From UHGV virus genome UHGV-1912862: 17,842 nucleotides of DNA; one strand, 5' to 3'. The translations under genes and the position numbers were made by a program. How positions within the stretch are numbered: position 1 is the first letter of the stretch; every line of letters starts with the position of its first letter. Shown piece by piece: positions 12,460 through 17,842 of this stretch. The stretch is from a virus. The notes below the pieces were generated by a model, which was given only the letters and a program-made list of their open reading frames with translations, made no database searches and was not told the DNA's origin.

Positions 12460-14817
12460 ATGGCAGCAGTAAAAATCTCAGGTGTGCTGAAAGATGGTGC
12501 GGGAAAACCAATACAGAACTGCACTATTCAACTGAAGGCAAAGCGTAACAGCACCACTGTACTGGTGAACACGGTGGCCTCTGAAAATCCGGATGAAGCC
12601 GGGCGTTACAGCATGGACGTTGAGTATGGCCAGTATAGCGTTATCCTGCTGGTTGAAGGTTTTCCGCCTTCACATGCCGGGATCATTACCGTCTATGAAG
12701 GTTCCAGACCAGGTACGCTGAATGATTTTCTCGGTGCCATGACGGAAGATGATGTCATGCCGGAGGCATTGCGTCGTTTTGAGGCAATGGTGGAAGAAGC
12801 GGCACGCAACGCCGAAGCCGCCTCTCAGAGCGCAGCGGTGGCAAAGAAATCCGAAACTGCAGCGGCATCATCGAAGAACGCGGCGAAAACCTCAGAAACG
12901 AATGCAGCTAACAGCGCACAGGCGGCAGCGTCCTCGCAGACTGCATCGGCAAACTCCGCGACAGCAGCCAAAAAATCAGAAACCAACGCGAAAAACAGCG
13001 AGACAGCCGCAAAGACGAGCGAAACCAACGCAAAGTCCAGCCAGACGGCAGCGAAGACCAGCGAAACGAATGCCAAAGCCAGTGAAACTGCGGCAAAAAA
13101 CAGCCAGGTTGCAGCAGCCCAAAGCGAGAGCGCGGCAGCCGGTTCTGCGACTTCAGCAGCTGGATCAGCAACTGCTGCGGCTAACAGCCAGAAAGCTGCG
13201 AAGACGAGTGAAACTAACGCAAAGTCCAGCCAGACGGCAGCGAAGACCAGCGAAACGAATGCCAAAGCCAGCGAAACTGCGGCGAAAAGCAGTCAGGATG
13301 CAGCAGCCGAAAGCGAGAGTGCTGCAGCTGGTTCTGCAACAGCGGCAGCTAATAGCCAAAAAGCTGCAAAAACCAGTGAAACTAACGCAAAGGCGAGCGA
13401 AACAAAAGCAGCAGCCAGCGAGACAGAAGCAACGTCAGCCGCAACAAGAGCAGAGAATGCAGCCCGGATTGCAGAAGATGCCGCTGATCCTGCTTCTGTC
13501 CCTCCGCTTCCTGATATCTGGCTACCCTTGAATGATTCTCTGGAAGCGATAACAGGGTATGCGCCGGGGTATAAAACAATAACCATCGGCAGCGATGAAA
13601 TCACTGTGCCAGTTAATGGCATATGCCAATTTAGCCGGGCTTCATCTGCAACGTATATTGATAAGTCCGGGCATATTACCGTGGCAGGTAATAACGTTCC
13701 TCGTTTTGAAAAATATGGTTTGCTGATAGAGAATCAGCGAACAAACATGTTCGTAAATAGTTTTAATCCTGATGCGTGGAATAAAAGCGGTGGTATATCT
13801 GTAACATCATCAACAGATGAATTTGAGTTTAAATATGGACGTTTCACGGTAGGAAGCGATATAGCAGGAACGACAACAGGGAGAAATATATGCACAGTTG
13901 CTGGTAACAAAGGCATAGATGTGACTGGCGATGATCAGTACAGTAAAGGTCCGTATGTTACCGCGTCGTTCAGGGTAAGAAGTGATCTCAATGTTCGCGC
14001 ACGTATCCGTTTTGAACGGTATAACTCGGAAGGATACACCTTCCTTTGCGACGCCTATTTGTCATTACAGACCCATGAACTACAAATTACTGGTGGCAAT
14101 GCCCAGCTATTAACAGCAAACTTTGAAATCGACCCTGGTAGTGGATGGATATATTTTCAGGCAACACTGAAATGTCTGCCAGAATGGGGAATGGTTGGTA
14201 CGCAGCTGCAAATTGCAGCCGACAGAGCTGTGGGAGCTTTTGCAACAGGTGACTGGATAGAAGTAACCACCCCGCAATTCGAGTATGGTGCTTGTGCAAC
14301 TTCCTTCATCATAACGACAACAGAGCCAGCGACTCGTGCATCAGATTTATGTAAATTTCCGCTGATGAAAAATATGTATACCATGCCTTTTACGTTCATG
14401 GTGGAAGTCCATAAAAACTGGTTTATTTCTCATAATGCTGCACCGCGTGTCATTGATTCAGAAAATCACCAGTCCGGAGGCCCATTTATTATGGGGTTTG
14501 GTTCTTCTGGAACTATCAGTCAGGACGGTTATTCGTATTGCGATATAGGCGGGGCTAACCGACGTGTATATGAATCATGCGGAGTAAGGGATCTCGTTAT
14601 GGGATTCAGGGTTAAGGCTGACGGCATGACATGCTCATTTGCAAATAAGCATATAAGCGCTGAAACAAAAACAGTATGGAAATATATTCGTGAAGCAGCC
14701 GTGATTCGTATCGGGGGGCAAACGACGACAGGATTACGACACCTTAATGGTCATATAAAAAACCTCCGTTTCTGGAACAGAGCATTGTCAGATACGCAGC
14801 TTAAGGAATACGTATAA
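12460..14817 (+). CDS. stf: Side tail fibre protein Stf: conserved N-terminal attachment domain, Ala/Ser/Thr-rich repeat shaft, AT-rich C-terminal receptor-binding domain with a LamG-like terminal motif
   Basis: From ATG 12460: MAAVKISGVLKDGAGKPIQNCTIQLKAKRNSTTVLVNTVASENPDEAGRYSMDVEYGQYSVIL... (lambdoid Stf N-terminus). Repeats KTSETNAK(A/S)S(E/Q)TAAK. C-terminus ...GHIKNLRFWNRALSDTQLKEYV. The ORF-track start at 12454 is GTG; I prefer ATG 12460. Confidence 0.85.
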   Translation: MAAVKISGVLKDGAGKPIQNCTIQLKAKRNSTTVLVNTVASENPDEAGRYSMDVEYGQYSVILLVEGFPPSHAGIITVYEGSRPGTLNDFLGAMTEDDVMPEALRRFEAMVEEAARNAEAASQSAAVAKKSETAAASSKNAAKTSETNAANSAQAAASSQTASANSATAAKKSETNAKNSETAAKTSETNAKSSQTAAKTSETNAKASETAAKNSQVAAAQSESAAAGSATSAAGSATAAANSQKAAKTSETNAKSSQTAAKTSETNAKASETAAKSSQDAAAESESAAAGSATAAANSQKAAKTSETNAKASETKAAASETEATSAATRAENAARIAEDAADPASVPPLPDIWLPLNDSLEAITGYAPGYKTITIGSDEITVPVNGICQFSRASSATYIDKSGHITVAGNNVPRFEKYGLLIENQRTNMFVNSFNPDAWNKSGGISVTSSTDEFEFKYGRFTVGSDIAGTTTGRNICTVAGNKGIDVTGDDQYSKGPYVTASFRVRSDLNVRARIRFERYNSEGYTFLCDAYLSLQTHELQITGGNAQLLTANFEIDPGSGWIYFQATLKCLPEWGMVGTQLQIAADRAVGAFATGDWIEVTTPQFEYGACATSFIITTTEPATRASDLCKFPLMKNMYTMPFTFMVEVHKNWFISHNAAPRVIDSENHQSGGPFIMGFGSSGTISQDGYSYCDIGGANRRVYESCGVRDLVMGFRVKADGMTCSFANKHISAETKTVWKYIREAAVIRIGGQTTTGLRHLNGHIKNLRFWNRALSDTQLKEYV
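13031..13400 (+). repeat. Imperfect in-frame tandem repeats (about 170-190 nt units) within the stf shaft
   Basis: caaagtccagccagacggcagcgaagaccagcgaaacgaatgccaaagcc recurs at 13031 and 13220. Shorter KTSETNAK motifs span about 12890-13400. Confidence 0.6.
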
Positions 14818-15086
14818 TGCGAGATATAACATTACGATTCGATAACAGAGAACAGTTTAACGCAATTGTATATGACAGTGGCCTGTTCAGTCTTGAAGAA
14901 GAAAACGGGGTTCTTGTTGATGTTATTGGCTGCATTATCGATTACGAGGAGCCAGAAAACGAAAGATGTACAGGCATTGATCGCGGTGGTTTTTTCGTAA
15001 ACATGAGGATTGTTGATAGCAGTAAAAACATATCTTCTTTAATGCCTTTCATTACGACAGATCAGCATGTAAGGACATGGGCTTAA
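14817..15086 (+). CDS. Hypothetical small acidic protein (89 aa), translationally coupled to stf (TAATG overlap)
   Basis: ATG 14817 overlaps the stf stop. AT-rich like its neighbours. No motif recognised: MRDITLRFDNREQFNAIVYDSGLFSLEEENGVLVDVIGCIIDYEEPENERC... Confidence 0.5.
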   Translation: MRDITLRFDNREQFNAIVYDSGLFSLEEENGVLVDVIGCIIDYEEPENERCTGIDRGGFFVNMRIVDSSKNISSLMPFITTDQHVRTWA

Positions 15087-15098
15087 TGGAGTAAGACA

Positions 15099-16139
15099 AT
15101 GGTTACAAAAACAGTAATTCCTGATGACATCAAAACGCTAAAATCCGATGTTAGTAAACTAAAAACTGATCAAGGAAGCTATGCAACAAAATCATATGTA
15201 GACAATAAAACAACATGGAATAGTTATTGCAATGTAATCTATGATCAAAAGGCATTGCCGACCACTGGAACTATATTTAGCGGTAAGATTCACTTGTCAA
15301 ATAAGACAGGAGAAACCGAAAACGCTTATAGTGAGATGTACACCAGAAAAAATATTGACGGTACAAAAGATACAATGACAAGGATTGTCACACACAATGG
15401 AACAAAAGGTATCTTTTGGGATTTTAGCGATCTTTACGGCGGAACATTAATTTTTCCAGGCAGTGATGGTTACCTTAAGATGGGGAACTGTCTCATGTCG
15501 TATGGTGTGCGGGGAAGTAACGCGCTTATTAAGTTTGACTGCACAGACACATTACAAATCAAATATGCCAATCATGGGTCAACCATGACATTAAACACAC
15601 AGGGGACCGCTCATTCTGGCGCTACTACTAGTTTGTGGGGTAACTCTACCCGTCCGGTTGTATATGAAGTTGGTGCTGATGGTGGCGCGTATATGTTCTA
15701 TGCGCAGAAAAATACCGATAACACCTATATGTTAAGCGTTAATGGTGCATGTCATGCCACCGCATTTAACCAGCATTCCGACCGGGATCTGAAAGACAAC
15801 ATTCAGGTGATCGATAATGCAACCGACCGCATCCGTAAAATGAACGGCTATACATACACGCTTAAAGAAAACGGTATGCCCTATGCAGGTGTCATTGCAC
15901 AGGAAGCTCTGGAAGCAATCCCAGAAGTTGTCGGTTCCGCAATGAAATATCAGGACGGTGCAAGCGGATCGGAAGGTGAAGAAGGTGAACGTTATTACAC
16001 AGTAGATTATTCTGGTGTTACTGGCTTGCTTGTTCAGGTAGCCAGAGAGTCAGACGACAGAATAACAGTACTGGAAGAAGAAAACGCAGAATTAAGGCAA
16101 AGATTATCTGCAATTGAGGCGACGCTTGCGTCTAAATAA
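15099..16139 (+). CDS. Tail fibre/tailspike-like protein with C-terminal intramolecular chaperone (peptidase S74 / endosialidase-chaperone-type) domain, 346 aa
   Basis: GGAGTAAG Shine-Dalgarno before ATG 15099. C-terminal region ...NQHSDRDLKDNIQVIDNATDRIRKMNGYTYTLKE..YAGVIAQEALEAIPEVV...LEEENAELRQRLSAIEATL carries the SDxxLK and G(V/F)IAQE hallmarks plus a terminal coiled coil. AT-rich. Confidence 0.75.
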   Translation: MVTKTVIPDDIKTLKSDVSKLKTDQGSYATKSYVDNKTTWNSYCNVIYDQKALPTTGTIFSGKIHLSNKTGETENAYSEMYTRKNIDGTKDTMTRIVTHNGTKGIFWDFSDLYGGTLIFPGSDGYLKMGNCLMSYGVRGSNALIKFDCTDTLQIKYANHGSTMTLNTQGTAHSGATTSLWGNSTRPVVYEVGADGGAYMFYAQKNTDNTYMLSVNGACHATAFNQHSDRDLKDNIQVIDNATDRIRKMNGYTYTLKENGMPYAGVIAQEALEAIPEVVGSAMKYQDGASGSEGEEGERYYTVDYSGVTGLLVQVARESDDRITVLEEENAELRQRLSAIEATLASK

Positions 16140-16180
16140 TATTAAGGGCTATGCGCCCCGTTTTATTGGGTAGGATGAAA

Positions 16181-16474
16181 ATGGATATAACACCTTTTCT
16201 TCATGCGCTTTGTGCTGTGGCTGCGCAGGTACTGGTTGGTCTTTTTACCGGAAACTGGGCTTACGGGGCGATAGCCGGTTGTACATTCTTCATTGCGCGG
16301 GAACACACCCAGGCAGAATATCGCTGGATTGAAATGTTCGGGCATTGCAAGCGGATTAACATGCCGTGGTGGGGCGGTTTTGATCCGCGTGTTTGGGATG
16401 TGGCAAGCCTGATAGATTTTGCTGTGCCGGTGGTGGCGTGTCTGCTGGTCTGGCTGTTGGTTAATCGTGGGTGA
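16181..16474 (+). CDS. Small polytopic inner-membrane protein (about 97 aa, three hydrophobic segments), function unknown
   Basis: AGGA at 16172-16175 then ATG 16181 (the ORF track begins at 16151). Hydrophobic stretches FLHALCAVAAQVLVGLFTG, AYGAIAGCTFFIA, LIDFAVPVVACLLVWLLV. G+C is host-like, unlike the upstream cassette. Confidence 0.5.
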   Translation: MDITPFLHALCAVAAQVLVGLFTGNWAYGAIAGCTFFIAREHTQAEYRWIEMFGHCKRINMPWWGGFDPRVWDVASLIDFAVPVVACLLVWLLVNRG

Positions 16475-16484
16475 AAAAAGGTGA

Positions 16485-16604
16485 GCTGTATATGCAACGG
16501 AGGAAGAAATCTCGTTGCTGGAAGCATGGAAAAAGTATCGGGTATTGCTGAACCGTGTTGATACGTCAACTGCACAGGATATTGAATGGCCAGCACTGCC
16601 GTAG
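16485..16604 (+). pseudogene. tfa: 3' remnant of a tail fibre assembly gene (tfa); only the last ~40 codons remain
   Basis: Frame-3 translation [39 protein letters not shown]-stop matches the conserved Tfa C-terminus (..[33 protein letters not shown]..). An in-frame stop lies at 16482-16484 and there is no start codon. Confidence 0.7.
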
Positions 16605-16701
16605 GGTAAAACATATAAATTCTATAATTAGATGTATCTTTCCATTTACGGCAAGGAAGGGGGCTTGGAAGACGTAAAGCATCTCACACCGAGATTATTT
16701 T

Positions 16702-17292
16702 TTATATGTCAGGTGTCTGAAGTTTTGCTTTGGCTCTTAAAATGGTTTGCCGCGAGGTTTTGAATTCCCGGGCAATGGCACTTATACTTACACCTGACTT
16801 AATTCGTTCGAATACCACCTGTTTCTGTTCTTCATTTAACACAGGTGGTCGACCAAAACGTTTCCCTGCGCCGCGGGCTCTTACTATCCCGGAATGAGTG
16901 CGTTCAAGTAAAAGGTCTCGTTCAAATTCAGCGACTGCTGAAATTACTTGCATCATCATTTTTCCTGTTGGACTGGTCAGGTCAATGCCCCCCAATGCTA
17001 AGCAATGCACTCTGATACCTGTTTCGGTCAGTTGTTCCACTGTTTTCCTGATATCCATTGCATTACAACCAAGGCGATCCAGTTTTGTCACAATCAATTG
17101 ATCACCACATTTCAGGCGAGCAAGCAACCGGTTAAAACCAGGACGCTCACTGGTTGCTGCTGAGCCGCTAATGTGTTCTTCGATTATTTGCTGAGATTTG
17201 ATGTTAAAACCTGCACTTTCGATTTCCCGGCGTTGATTTTCGGTGGTCTGATCCAGCGTTGATATCCGACAGTAAGCAAAAATTCGAGACAT
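16702..17292 (-). CDS. pin: Serine recombinase of the DNA-invertase family (Pin/Gin/Hin-like), 196 aa
   Basis: [20 protein letters not shown]... has the resolvase/invertase N-terminal catalytic motif (Ser11) and a C-terminal HTH ([21 protein letters not shown]). Position after stf/tfa and length 196 aa match the PinR/PinQ arrangement of Rac/Qin prophages as I recall it. Confidence 0.88.
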   Translation of the reverse strand: MSRIFAYCRISTLDQTTENQRREIESAGFNIKSQQIIEEHISGSAATSERPGFNRLLARLKCGDQLIVTKLDRLGCNAMDIRKTVEQLTETGIRVHCLALGGIDLTSPTGKMMMQVISAVAEFERDLLLERTHSGIVRARGAGKRFGRPPVLNEEQKQVVFERIKSGVSISAIAREFKTSRQTILRAKAKLQTPDI

Positions 17293-17608
17293 AGTGAGAC
17301 TCTATACGAAATTGGTGTTCATATCATAATGCATCTCAGAAAATAATTATGATTATTTTTGTGCATATTTGTATGTACACGTTCGAAAATAAACGAATGC
17401 GTATGCAACCCCGTAATTTTGGTGAGACCCAAAATCGATTTTGTGAAAAATGGCTTTAACTCGGTTTGTTTTTCGAGTTCCGGGAGGACTCAAGGAAGAA
17501 GAATAGTGTTGCGTGTTATTTTAACCAGATTTCAAGTTGTTTGGTCGTGGAAAAGTGGAGCAAAATGTTGTTAAAGTGGAAAAATGATAAAAAAGTAAGT
17601 TTATTATA

Positions 17609-17842
17609 TTACATTTTACCATTTAAATTTTGGTTGTCTTTAAGAACTGATATCGCTGTTTGTAATAATTCTTTGTTATCCAGCCATGATTTTTTCTTTA
17701 TGTTTCCTTCAATGTAATCAAGCAATGTTCTGGTATTGATAGGTCTTCCCTGTTTTGCTACTTCCACTACAGCATCCCCTAGGATAATTCTTACTTCAGG
17801 AAGCTGCGCAGGGAACCACTTTAGGGTGTCTTTTGATTTCAT
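17609..17842 (-). CDS. Small protein (77 aa), YdfK/YnaE-like by synteny with pin
   Basis: Complete ORF MKSKDTLKWFPAQLPEVRIILGDAVVEVAKQGRPINTRTLLDYIEG...; the start codon coincides with the window edge. AT-rich. The identity rests on recalled Rac/Qin gene order (pin next to ynaE/ydfK), not on a search. Confidence 0.5.
   Translation of the reverse strand: MKSKDTLKWFPAQLPEVRIILGDAVVEVAKQGRPINTRTLLDYIEGNIKKKSWLDNKELLQTAISVLKDNQNLNGKM

Noticed and set aside
12860-13440. Possible CRISPR-like or other non-coding repeat array
   Set aside because: Repeats are in frame within stf, imperfect, lack unique spacers of regular size, and there are no cas genes.
12749-13531. 260-aa Arg/Gln-rich + strand ORF and the overlapping - strand ORFs at 12825-13265, 13293-13622 and 13165-13359
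   Set aside because: Alternative-frame and antisense readings of the stf Ala/Ser/Thr repeat shaft. Their low complexity mirrors the repeat and the stf frame is the one conserved with known fibres.
12460-14817. Diversity-generating retroelement target (variable C-terminal fibre domain)
   Set aside because: No reverse transcriptase ORF and no template-repeat/variable-repeat pair in the window.
16151-16180. ORF-track start at 16151 (MRPVLLGRMK...) for the membrane protein
   Set aside because: ATG 16181 is preceded by AGGA at good spacing, whereas 16151 lies 11 nt after the upstream stop with no ribosome-binding site. The downstream start is preferred, though this is not certain.
13500-16700. 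Mu G-segment-like invertible fibre switch driven by pin
   Set aside because: No alternative fibre or tfa genes in inverted orientation and no recognisable pair of inverted ix sites. Kept only as an open question in the findings.
17359-17717. + strand ORFs of 71 and 83 aa in the pin upstream region
   Set aside because: They lie in AT-rich intergenic DNA or antisense to the 77-aa ORF, have Phe/Lys/Leu-rich compositions typical of random AT-rich frames, and lack ribosome-binding sites.

Overview
Lambda-like (lambdoid, Rac/Qin-type) prophage tail-tip and tail-fibre region. On the + strand: the 3' part of tape-measure H, then M, L, K, I, J (host-specificity protein), lom and the side tail fibre stf. 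After that comes an AT-rich accessory cassette: the Stf C-terminal receptor-binding domain (LamG-like motif), a translationally coupled 89-aa acidic ORF, and a 346-aa fibre-like protein with a C-terminal S74-type self-cleaving chaperone domain. Downstream are a small polytopic membrane protein and a ~40-codon tfa 3' remnant. On the - strand are a 196-aa Pin-type serine invertase and a 77-aa ORF that I think resembles YdfK/YnaE. The cassette is the most unusual part of the window, but I see no clear evidence of an entirely new system. Major caveat: twelve runs of exactly 10 N each precede a diverged re-read of upstream sequence (about 54 to 880 nt). This looks like end-to-end joining of overlapping contigs from related prophage alleles, so ORF-track frames and lengths for H, L, I, J and lom are inflated. 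Without the re-reads the window is about 13.8 kb and J is about 3.4 kb. All protein identifications are from recalled family features and synteny, not database searches.
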